From NCBI GenBank assembly GCA_951406725.2, contig OX597817.1:124310001-124374000 (forward strand): DNA of 64,000 nucleotides, written 5' to 3'. The position numbers and the translations under genes are program-made. Shown here piece after piece: positions 52,187-64,000 of this stretch (positions are counted from its first letter, which is position 1; each line of letters opens with the position of its first letter). This stretch comes from Octopus vulgaris (Eukaryota). A model generated the notes under the pieces. That model worked only from the letters and a program-made list of their open reading frames with translations, searched no databases and had not been told where the DNA came from.

Positions 52187-52588
52187 TACTCTCTTTACTC
52201 TTTACTCTTTAACTTGTTTCAGTCATTTGACTGCGGCCATGCTGGAGCACTGCCTTTAGTCAAGCAACTCGATCCCGGGACTTATTCTTTGTAAGCCCAG
52301 TACTTATTCTATCGGTCTCTTTTGCCGAACTGCTAAGTAATGGGGACATAAACACACCAGCATCGGTTGTCAAGCAATGCTAGGGGGACAAACACAGACA
52401 CACATACATATATATACATATATACGACGGGCTTCTTTCAGTTTCCCTCTACCAAATCCACTCACAAGGCTTTGGTCGGCCCGAGGCTATAGTAGAAGAC
52501 ACTTGCCCAAGGTGCCACGCAGTGGGACTGAACCCGGAACCATGTGGTTGGTAAACAAGCTACTTACCACACAGCCACTCCTGCGCCT
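52187..52588 (-). mobile_element. Full-length, young family A SINE
   Basis: End-to-end match with CpGs retained and a tail of repeated GTAAAGA units. Confidence 0.92.
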
Positions 52589-52754
52589 ATATGACACAAA
52601 TATGTAAAATTTTCTTGTATGATGATGCAAGATTTTAAGTAAGAATCAAATACTCAATAAAATTTGGTGAGCTCTATCAACAACAACAACCCAGTGAACT
52701 CATACATTAATATTGATTTCATAGTGGCACTGGAGAAGCTCTCTTAAGATCATC

Positions 52755-52905
52755 ATGTGTCCTGTAAGGCGATATACTTGCATCGTTCATATTTATCATC
52801 TACCTGGACTATATTAACTCGAACAAAATCTGCTTCATCTTGTTAGCTAGTTACAATAACAGAAGCAACATATGCTGATGGTATCAATGTCTTTGTAGAC
52901 ATCAT
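52755..52905 (+). pseudogene. Small decayed non-LTR (RTE-like) reverse transcriptase fragment
   Basis: CVL*GDILASFIFIIYLDYI followed by ITEATYADGINVF, resembling the GVLQGD.L.P.LF and YADD motifs. Confidence 0.6.
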
Positions 52906-54974
52906 TTTAAAATCTATGTAACTTCTAAATGTCTTGCAAAACCGCAGCTAATATTAGTCTTTAGTCAATGATTTAATGACTAAGTACATCTATTACAATC
53001 AGGAATGTTCAATATGTACAAACAAACAAAACCCTCTAAAATCTGTAAACTCCCTTGTTTTCATAGGAGGTAATGTTGCATTCATAGAAAAGGAAGTAAA
53101 AATACGCTCTGAGTCGTTCTTCATGACCTCAGAGTTATCTGAAAATCAGTGTTACTTAATGCACTTGGTTGTTCAGTTTTGTGTTACACTAATAATGAAA
53201 TATAAAAAAAGTATTTCATTTAAAAAAAAAGCTTTCATTTTTAAAATTAGGGCTTGTTAAAAGCAAACATTTTGAATAAATTTGTTTTACATTATTTGGC
53301 AGTGTAGTGACTCCTATTACAACTCTATGCAATGTAAATTCCTTGCGTAATCTTAATTTGATATGCTTTAGTAAGATTTAGTTTAAAAATCAAAAAAATA
53401 AAAAATACTATTAATGAGCATAGTACTGGAATTCAACCATTGCTCTTTTTAATGTCTGTTAACCAAATTGCAAGAAAGCATATTTCCAATACAAGAAATC
53501 TTTTAACAGAATAAAAGTGTCATGGTAGTTACACAAAGAAACATCATAGGATGTCCATTGCTAATACTAATTTCCTTTCAGGAATATCATTAATTTAGTG
53601 TGGTGTTAATTTAGTTAGATTAATTAACGGTTGTTGAATTACTTCATATGAAATAAATCTGAAAGTTAATCTAAGATATGGTGCTCAGCTGACACTGCAT
53701 ATTGTTCATTTATGATCATAATCATAATACTTAGTATTTGGCTTTCTTTATTTCTAAACAGCTGCAGGGTAAGCCATGTGATGCATAGGCTGATATCTAT
53801 GACTTGACTTTAATTCCACTTAGCTGAAGCTTTTCTTTTTCTTTGGTGGTGAAAAGCTATGAATGTCCAGAAAAATATTTTTCCTCTGCTAAAATCAATA
53901 GTGTTTTTATGTTTTTTATTTTTTATCATTGTCCATTGGTGAATACTACTGAACACAAAGTAGTGAAGCAGTTGACTCTGTTGTACTAATGTATTGGGTA
54001 ACTATGATTATTTATATTTTATAGATATCTATATACAAGCACACATACACATTTGTGTTTTTCATTTATATGGTTATATATGTAACACATGATGTATAAA
54101 AAGAGAATAAACTAGAGCAAACTGCATATCTGAAAATATATACAATACATCTCTATACTATACATAATACAGTTTCCCAGAATAGACAACTTGCATGCAA
54201 GTGCTTTGCGAGGAAATAACGGCATAGAAGAATGAATAAAAGAGTAAAAGCAAATCTCTTGAAGTGAGTTATGAGGTGATTTCAGTTGTACTACTTCATA
54301 GTTGTGTTTGTCTGCGGAAGAATATTTGCTGAACAGGGTTTTGATGAATACTTTGATGGATATAGGCTGACTTAATGAGAAATTATTATCCAAAGCTAGC
54401 TACAATTCAAATAAAAAATCTTGTTTCTCACGTCAGATAGATGGTTATCACTATATTTACCATCAACAAACTCAGTGACCATATACATATTTATTATAAT
54501 TTTTACAATATAAAAGAAGTGATATTTGAGGGAAACATTTCCTATTTGTTTCATGCCAATATGGACTATACAGAAAGATACATAATTATTTCTGTATATC
54601 TTTGATATTTTTTCCTGGATGCGTTCCATAAAATTTTGTGTATATTAAAAACGTGTTTAAAAAAGTGTCTGTGTTATAAATATCTATACATATACACTCG
54701 CCTACATACACCACACACACGCAGAACAATGTACTAAATGATGTAGGCAAAAGAAGACATCCTGAATTGAAATTTGGCTGTTAGTTGGAGAAAGAAAACC
54801 GAATCCAAGCAGTCATTGTTATTAACTCTCAAGTGAAAAGGAAATAATTTTAAGAAATTTGGAATTAATTTCACAGAAAATTATACTTATACTCTGTGTG
54901 AATGCATAATATGTGTATGTACAATATATAATATGTAATATAATATAATGTAATATCTTATATATACAAGGTGC

Positions 54975-57600
54975 AATGGGTAAATCGTTGGTGGTGTTTA
55001 GGTAGAGAATAGTGGAAGGAGAAAATAGATTTGGGGGATAGGGTTAATAATGAGGCTAGTGATAGTAGTTGAGGCGAAAGGTATGAGGAAGAGGAGAAGG
55101 GTGGTTTAGGTAGTATGTGAATGATGACCTTTGTGTTAGTTTGTATGACGTTAGTGGAAAGAGGATGGCTATTATTTGAGGGAAATTAGTTGACTGGTTC
55201 AGTGGCTGATTGGGGTGAGAAGTTAGACAAAGGTAGTTTTTAGTAGGACAAAGGAAATTGGTTAATATTGGAAGGAGGTGTTATGGTAAGGAGAGGTGTA
55301 TGAAATTGAATAGAATAGTATGAGTAGGGAGGGGTAGAGGTAGCGTGGTTAGTTCGGAAGTGATTGGGGGTATTACTTTTTAAGACTGGGAAGGTGAGGG
55401 AGTAGGAGGGAAGTGGGAAGTAGTTGATTTGAAGAATTTGGAAGAAATTGGAGGTATGTATGAGAAAGGGCGTGAGGGTGGGTTTAGTACTTTTTAAGTA
55501 GTTGGTTGCAAGGTTGGCTTTGTCTTAGTTTAAGGTTTTTGGGTTATGAAAACTTATTAGGAGATTACATAGATTTGGTGAAGTGCGTGAAAGATGAGTA
55601 GTACCTGTGTTTACAAGAATAAATAACATGAGAGAATCTTTTAAAATATGAGGAGTTATGAAGACGAATGGTTAATGATTCATTTAGACATAACTTGAAC
55701 TTTCTGATGTTTGCATTGCATGGGGGAGTTTCACTTACTATGGACCAGCATAGGGTGTATGGAATATTTTAAGGTTTGAGGTTGTTTATATACGTTGCTA
55801 AGGTGGGTGATAATTTAGAATTTGGATTTGTGAAAGAGTTCATGTGTGCACGGTAGCAGTACTTGAAACCTATGGTGCCAATGGTATATACCCTTGCTTG
55901 GTGGGAGCATGGTATTATAACACAACACCTGTAGATTACATTTTTGCATAGACAAGGGCTTCCAAGAGGGCATAATCAAGAGGCAGAACAGTTGCAAGTT
56001 TTCCTACCTGCTCCACGGTTAGGGTTTACTGCTAGTGAAGTTGATCTCAGTTGGTTCATTGTTAGTGGATTGAGAGGTAGTATTTGTTGTTGCGTAGATA
56101 GGATAGTGGAAAGAGGCTTGAATCTAGTATCATTTGAGTGGGGTTTATTCAGGATTGTGCTATTACTACTATGTGGGCTAACTTGGGGTGCAATGTGAGA
56201 GTTTAGGTGTTCAGGGGACTGGTGTTGGAGTTTGCATTTGTTCAAGGAGGCAATTATGGATCCTAAATTAGGTGTGATGGAGTAGGAGATTTTCATTGAT
56301 GATTCATCAACGGTGGGATAGTATTCATGCTGTGATGGAAAATTTTATTTTAGGATTTTATAGAAGAGTTTAGCTAGAGATTTAACTTGGAGATAGAAAG
56401 GTGGTGCAAACCATAAGATTTCCCACTTCCTGAACGTAGAATGTTTGGAGGGTGTGGTTGTATTGGGATGATCAGGAGGGGGAGGCTTGTAGTTGTTATA
56501 AGCTTGGGGTGGTCAATGGTATGGTTGAGTGTAATGTGTATGGTTTTTTTTAGGAGTTATTGGATTGGTGTAGAGTGGAAGTAATGTTCATAGAGTCAGG
56601 GTTAGTATTGAGTAAGAGATATGTTATTTTAGTTTAAAGCTAAACTAGGGGATATTTTGGGGATATAATAGTTTTTTTGTGGAAGCTGTTTATTTGGAGG
56701 ACCTGATTATGATAAGGAGCATAAGTGTTAAAAATTTCTTCATTATCTGATAAGTTAGAGATTCTGATATATATGCCTGTGATTATGTTATCAAAGGAGT
56801 GCATCATCCCTGTATAGTCTACCAGATAGGTTGGAGACGTATTGTTTAATTTGAGAGAGAAGGAATAGACCAATAAGATCAGTAACCTGGGCTGAGCCCA
56901 TGGTTATATCGAAGCCAATGATTATATTGAAGAAATCCATAGATGAGTTGTGTGTCCAATTATTATCCTTAAAGGGAATTAGAGTCTTCCTCACAGCTTA
57001 GATTATATTGATGTCCAATCAGGAGATGGGAGCATATTTTCAGGTCAAAATTAAAGGTTTATTTAAGAGAATTGATGATACTGATGTCAAACTGAAGGAA
57101 ATGGATGTTTTGTTTATCATGAAGAGGGTGAAACTAAGTGATGACGTCTCCTGTGTAGTTTCAGAGGGGAAGCTTAATGTTAGTTCTAACAAGGAGTAGA
57201 ATACGTTCAATAATGCATTTACTAATTTGACCTAAGTTGGATTTTGTAGGGTAGATGAGTCTAATGGAAGGCTTAGAGTAGCAGTTGGATTTGTGATTCT
57301 TCAGGCAAGTAGTGAGTTTTAGGTGTATATGGTTCAGCTCTATTTAGAAAATTTAGATCGGCAATGAGCTTACAAAGGATGTTGTTAATCTCAAGAGCTT
57401 TTCTGTGTGCATGTTTATAATTTGTGTTTAGTTCCTTTGATATGAGATAACTATATGTTTCCAAGAGAAGGGAATAAACATTGCCAATTTTGTCAAAAAT
57501 GATGTGCAGGTGTGATGAAGTCCTTATTTTAGATGTAATTTTGGATAGTTCTTTCGGGAAGGAATGAGTATAATTAGAGAATTTAATTTTTTTAACATAC
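54975..57600 (-). mobile_element. Penelope-like element (Neptune-like), 5'-truncated and decayed; ORF remnant about 55570-57600, long 3' non-coding region
   Basis: Minus remnants FDKIGNVY, GFDITMGS, DLIGLFLL, LYRDDAL, ILWFAPPF, KISYSITPN, CNC...CPLG.PCLCKNVIYRCVV (GIY-YIG start) and WSIV...KLCLNESLTI. Confidence 0.88.
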
Positions 57601-57609
57601 ACAGTAGGT

Positions 57610-58075
57610 CTTTCTCAAAATTAGCCAATGCAGGATTTGTGGGACTTTTATTTCTCTGTGCAAGATATTGTCCAGCTCCAGGATCCCAAGATAATTTCAC
57701 CCATCATTATCAACCATCTTCCATTCTCTCTCCATTTGGCAATTCTATGCCCTTACAATCTGCTCTTCCCTCAATCCAAAGTGAGCACCACGCTCCTCAA
57801 GATTTCGAATACCATCCTTCCTGCAAAGGAAAACTTATCTAAATAATAGGACCTGGAGATTGAGATATCTAGGATGTGGCAAAGTCCAAAATCATCCCTG
57901 TTGTTGTGTATTTCCTGGGAATGATCAAGAAAAGTAGTGACAAACCAACAATCTATGAGACACAAACAATTGTGTTGATATCAATAACCTATGTCCTCAG
58001 GAAGTTACTCTCCACCTAATATACACATGTCTTAAGTCTCTGGTTGAGACCTAGTCAGAAGATGAAATAAAATGC
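57610..58075 (+). mobile_element. Rearranged Dong/R4-like fragments including an inverted RT segment (57648-57825)
   Basis: QCRICG at about 57626; 57648-57825 is the reverse complement of 58248-58431; then KLSK**DLEIEISRMW...IIPVVV...VLRKLLST*. Confidence 0.72.
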
Positions 58076-58109
58076 AAACTCTGCTTAATATATACATGTC
58101 TTTTTTATA

Positions 58110-59462
58110 GGCCTACGCAAAGTCAACATGCACAATGAGCTGAGAAAGAATGCACTGTGCCTCAGCCACCTTCTCTTCATGGATGATTTAAAACTGTTTG
58201 TGAAAACAAAGCCTGAAATGGAGAGGCTGGTTGAGACTGCACAGATGTGCAGGAAGGATATAAGGATGGAATTCGGTATCTTGAAGTGTGCGGTGCTCAC
58301 TTTGAAAAGGGGGAAGAGCAGATTGTAAGGGCATAGAATAGCCAAATGGGGAGAGAATAGAAGACACAGATGATGATGGGTACAATTATCTTGGGATCCT
58401 GGAGCTGGACAATATCTTGCACAGAGAAATAAGAGATGAGGTCATCACTGCATATTTCAAGTGCCTCAAACTTCTCTTGAAATCAAAACTCAACTCAAGG
58501 AACTTTGTGACTGCCATCAGCATATGGGCTGTTGCTGTAGTCTGCTATAGTGCACCCATTCTGAAATGGACACAAGCGGAAATTGACCAACCCAAATGAC
58601 AATGACATTGCATGGTTCCTTCCACTCTAAGATGAATATACACAGGCTTTCATGAAGAGGTGTAAAGATGAATGTATGCTGATTAGTGTACAGGAGTGCA
58701 TCAACTGTGAAAGAAGAAACATGGCAGAGGATTTAGCAAATAGCAAACAAGACCTGTTACAGTATGCTGCTAATGAAGATGGATTTACCAAAAATGGACT
58801 TGAGAGTGCTAGTCAATTCTGATAAAGAATAGCCAACAAAAGAGAAGAAACTCTACTGCACATGGAATTACATGGTCAGTGCCACTGTGAAACTAAGAAC
58901 TTAAAAGATCAGGAAGCACCATGGAGGTGGCTCACCAAGGGTGACCTAATGAAGAATACTGAAAGCCTAATCATCACTGCTCAAGATCAGGCATTGAATA
59001 CCAATTCAGTGAAAAGAGATATATGCCACACAAGTGCAATGAACCTCTACAGAATGTATGGGAAGAGGGTCTAAAGCATGACTTGCATTGTTAGTGCTTG
59101 TGAAAGTCTTGCACAGAAAGTGTAGAAGCACAGACATGACAAGGTAATGCAGAAATTACACTGGCTAATATGCTGGAAATATGGATACAAGGTAGTGAGA
59201 GCTTGGTACCCTCATATGCCAGAAAAAGTAATGGATGAAAAGAGGAAGGCAAAAATCCTCTTGGACGTTGACTTCCAGACAGACAAGGTGTTAGAGCAAA
59301 AATCAGCATTGCTTGGAACAGCATGCATTTTACATAAAATACTGTCTGTCTGAGGTCCTTGTTGTGACTTGACAGACAATACAAGCCCCTGGTAGACACA
59401 ATATCTTCAATCAACAATATCATGATATTGGATGCTGTGCGACATCTTAAGTAATAATAATA
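58110..59462 (+). mobile_element. Dong/R4-like LINE, 5'-truncated, with endonuclease core deleted
   Basis: LSHLLFMDDLKLF, MEFGILKCA, YNYLGILE, SKLNSRN, LHGQ, ESLIITAQDQALNT, RHDKV, KILLDVDFQTD, QKSALLGTA.IL; (TAA)n tail. Confidence 0.9.
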
Positions 59463-59677
59463 ATTCTTTCTGCTAGAGATACAAGGCCTGAAATTTGGTG
59501 GGAGGGGACTAGTTGATTACATTGACCCCAGTGTTTCACTGGTATTTAATTCATCAATCTTGAAAGAATGAAAGGCAAAGTTGACCTCAGTGAAATTTGA
59601 ACTCAGAATGTAGTGATAGACGAAATACCACTATGCATTTTGCCTGGTGTGCTACTGATTGTCAGCTCACAGCCTTA
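59463..59677 (-). mobile_element. Family B SINE inserted in the (TAA)n tail of the Dong-like LINE
   Basis: Family core GAATGAAAGGCAAAGTTGACCTCAG; (TAA)n on both sides. Confidence 0.85.
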
Positions 59678-59860
59678 TAATAATAATAATATGTATGCGA
59701 TGGGCTTGTATCAGTTTTTGTCTACTAATTCTATTACACAAAGCTTTGGTCACCCAGGAGTTATAAAAAAGAAGGCACTTCTCCAAAGTGCCATACAGTG
59801 AGACTGAACTCAAAAACTATGTGATTGGGAACCAAATTTTTCCTCTCGCTGCTATGTACG

Positions 59861-59897
<37 letters not shown>

Positions 59898-60749
59898 TAG
59901 ATAGAAAGACAGGCAGGTAGGTATAATCTATGTATATATATAATGTATATGTATATATACATGTATATGCATATATGTATAACAAATATGCATATATACA
60001 TATGGACATACATACATATATATATTCACTTATATAAATGCCTGTGTGTGACCCTATCCCTGTATTTCCATCTGTGTGTGTCTGTCTGTGTCCATGTCCA
60101 TACACATGCATACACACACATGGCAGTATTCCAGCCAGTTGACAGCTTTCTGTTTTCCAAAATAGAAGTCCTGTTTATTTTACTATAAATGTATTTCATA
60201 ATAAGTATTTTTATAGCATTAGTATTCCTAGGAAAGAATAGAGGACATCATTGATTTATACTCCCAAAATACTGCCAAAGCAAAGAAATTGTTAGGCCAA
60301 AGCAAGAAAAATATAGCTCTCAAATTAAAGACCTTTGTTACTTCACTAGATTAGAATTCTATGTAATAGACACCTACTTCATACATAGATAAATAGAAAT
60401 TCAGATTTGACTTTTAGTCTAACAAATTCTTCAATAATATATTACCAGTTCCTACGCAGCTAGTTTGTTAGGCAACAATTTATACCTTATTTTATTGATC
60501 TTGAGAGGCTTCACATCATTTGGGGAAATTGTATATTTTTAAAATTGAATGTAGTTGATTGCTATGTGATTTTACACTTTGCTTGCCTTTTGCCTATTAA
60601 CTTGGAGCTCCAAGATAACTGCTGTACTGTTAGCCTCTTCTTAGCCAATAACCTAGAAGAACCCATTTGTAATGACACACAAATTTGATTCATAAATTGC
60701 AACAATTTTATAGAACTGAACTGTTGAAATAAATGAGCCTCATTTTATA

Positions 60750-62420
60750 ACTTGTATGTTCAGGTTTTCGTTCTTGATTGGTGAATCTTTACAAGAAACA
60801 ATCTTTCCAATCATGGTTTTACGGTTGCATGTGGTGCACATGAAGACTGGGTTTCCCAGCTATATCCTTAACTTTATCTGCCATATTCTACAACGTTTTG
60901 CAGTTTTCTGTAATTCAATCAATGTTATTAGTAAAGGTAAGATCAGATATTCACCAGCCCAAACATTAAATTCCATACTCTATTGGAATTGAACTTTTCC
61001 AAGATACATTCTGCAACAATAATGAACAAAACAGATAAATTCTCAGTGGGGGTGTGAATATTTTGGCATTTCTATTGTTGTATAGTATTTTCACTTCTTA
61101 CTCAATAAACAAAGTTTTATATAGAAATAAAATATACAGCAAAGGAATAACACTCCATACTTGAGCAATTTCTGCAGAAATATGGATAGCATCAGGGGAT
61201 TTTTGTGTAGTTTTAAGAGATATGATGGCAATATGAAGTTGTAAGTGCAAAGTAGTGAATTGGATGCTTTCCTAACTTTTGGAAAACATTTTGCCATCTT
61301 GGTCTTCCTTTGTTATTTATTTTGATTTTAGTGGGACCATTTGTATGAAAGTTTCATCCAACAGTGTCATGTAGTATTAAATAGAATTCACAACAGCTCT
61401 AAAATTGATATATCTAACTGCTTTATTCCTTACCTTCTTTCTAATTTCACCAATTTGTAGTGTCTTAGGAAAAATTACTCCTCACAATTCTGTCATATCT
61501 TTGCAGCTAAAATGTTAGTCTTGTCCATTTTTGAGTGAATTCCTCTGTTCAGCTTGGTTAATTCTCTATTTTTATAACTTATTTTTCAGCTTCTGTTTTA
61601 TCCAGTTCTTTAAAAAGTAATTCTGATTTTGTTTTTGTTCTGTGATCACATTTAAGCCTTGACTGATTTTTTTTTTCATTACTGCATTAAGTTTCATGCT
61701 TGTTGACTGATCCATTTAATCATTGCATGTTCTTTAACAGTTACTTGTATGAAACACTATAACAGTTGTCAACAATGTTATTGTCTCCAGTCTTCAACAC
61801 TATGTGACTGATTATACTTCCAAAGCTTGTTCTATGAATCTGTCTTAAGCTGAGTAGCAGTCTGATGGTCTTCAAGTTTGTATATGCCAAAATGAAATTT
61901 CAATTGTATGTTCCTGTCAGCTTGATAATTTACAAATTTGATGTTTGTATTTCCTTCTCCTTCAAATTCCTTTTCACTTTGATAATATTGAAGGTGCTTC
62001 TGACTTGTTCACTATTATCTATACAAAATTTCTCAATCTTTTAAATTGTCTCTTATTTGTTACCAATATTTCACTTCCTTTTTGAATTATATAAATCCAG
62101 CATTCAGAACTGTTCTGGCTTCATTGCATTTATCTACTTTAGATCAGTTGTTTCACAGCTGATTTTAAGAATTTCAAATTTCTTCTCTTATTTTCCTAAC
62201 CATCAATATAAATGGGTGCTTAATCACAGAGTGTGGTACCATAGGTAAGTATACTATACTATCTCCTTTGAATTAGTACCTCCAGGAAAATACATAGTAT
62301 GACCTTACTACAAAAACACCAGAGAATCTCTCCAATAGCACTTGAAAAGTTCTATCTGAAATTCATCTACTGGCTCAAAGCAGTATCTTTTCAACTCCAA
62401 TTTCATTTTGGCAAAAATGG
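60750..62420 (-). mobile_element. Very old RTE-like LINE remnant
   Basis: Faint minus remnants LELKRY, KSPDAIHISAE / LLKYG, LSVLFIIV and ISDLTFTNNI, in endonuclease-to-RT order. Confidence 0.45.
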
Positions 62421-63406
62421 TGATGACACAGGGGTATAGCTATTTTGGTGGTGGTGGGGGGGGTCTGTAGTTAACAAAAGCCCAAGGATGGACTTCACAG
62501 CAGTGAGATGCATATTCAGGTTTCCTTTGAAAATCACCATGCAGATTCAATGAAAAATTCCCATCACGTAAGAGAGCTGGTAGTTTTTTGGCAGTTCACA
62601 ATTATTTTCCAAATTTTCTGAACACTCATCACTTTGAACTGGCAGTTGACCAGCTTGAAATACACATAATCATTCTTGTGTTCAGCTTGAAGAATGTTCA
62701 CAAAATACTTGATGAGCTATTTTGCAGGTCCCAATAGCATATATCACATTACATTACTGATAGGATTTTCAGATATAGCTTACAGGTCATCTCTGTAAAT
62801 TAGGAAACAGGTTTCTCTCTTCTTTATAGATTTACTAAAGTAAATTTAATCCTATCATCATCCATCTCATAGTAGACCAAAGAAGTTTGAAAAGACAGAC
62901 AAACAGTGATTACTTCCCACCGCCAACAATATCACATGGAGTGAAGTGCCAGATGCAACATATTGGTCATTGTCATCATCATCATCGTCATCATCGTGAT
63001 AGTGGTGGTCGTCATTGTCATCATTGTCGTCGTCATTGTCATCATCATCATCTTCATCACCATCACAGTTTTAACATCCACATTTCCATACTTGTATAGG
63101 CTGGACAGAGCTTATTGAGGTATGTTTTCTGTGACTGGATGCCCTTCCTGGCACAAATCCTCACTTTTTCCAGGGAAGGCAATATTTCCATATGGCCAGA
63201 CAAATTTTGTTTTTTTACTTTTGGTAAATTTTGAAAATGAATGGGACTGCCTGTATGATAGTAAAACTTGTTTACAAGAACCATGTGATATCAAGATAAT
63301 GACACACAAATATAAACACACTAACATTAGCATATAAACACAAATATATGACAGGCTTCTTACATTGGTAGCATATGTCAGTTGCGAAATTGGTAGACAA
63401 AAACAG

Positions 63407-63800
<394 letters not shown>

Positions 63801-63803
<3 letters not shown>

Positions 63804-63983
63804 CTCAGTGGTTGGACCATCAGGCTCACAATGACAAAGTACTGAGTTCGATTCCCGAACTTGGTTGTGTGTTGTGTTCTTGAGTGAGACACCTTATTTC
63901 ACGTTACTCCAGTTCACTCAGCTGTAGAAATGAAGTGCAATCCCATGGTCATTCATGACCGAAGTGGGTCTTTCCCCATTTAC
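63801..63983 (+). mobile_element. Family C SINE, internally deleted
   Basis: GGCTCAGTGGTTGG...GAGTTCGATTCC head joined directly to the TGCAATCCCATGGTCATTCATGACCGAAG tail; (TA)n on both sides. Confidence 0.8.
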
Positions 63984-64000
63984 ATATATATATATATATA

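Noticed and set aside
54966-54992. TA-CAAGGTGCAATGGGTAAATCG as a Tc1/mariner-type TIR
   Set aside because: No matching partner end was found in the window.

Overview
AT-rich, repeat-dense eukaryotic (animal) non-coding DNA. The SINE repertoire and the microsatellite load point to an octopod cephalopod (inference). I recognise no intact host protein-coding gene, rRNA, tRNA gene or CRISPR array. Nearly all ORFs in the track are microsatellite read-throughs or fragments of decayed transposons. Resolved elements: a maT/DD37D-type Tc1/mariner (3390-4635), a DD34D mariner (38770-40017), a SPIN/Buster-like hAT with a perfect ATCTAGAT target-site duplication (46734-49049) and an older hAT fragment. 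Retroelements include a Neptune-like Penelope (about 54975-57600), several Dong/R4-type LINE pieces at (TAA)n tracts, CR1 and RTE pieces, and many nested copies of at least four tRNA-derived SINE families; a probable non-autonomous Helitron is also present. The most interesting signal is a dispersed set of short non-coding elements carrying minimal hammerhead-ribozyme motifs with palindromic stem III, of the Penelope pseudo-LTR type. One has a fully intact core and a long stem II (19640-19750, minus). Others lie in a two-copy family (18.7 and 20.1 kb), in a near-perfect 322-bp palindrome (37848-38169) and in an inverted pair (41774-42239).
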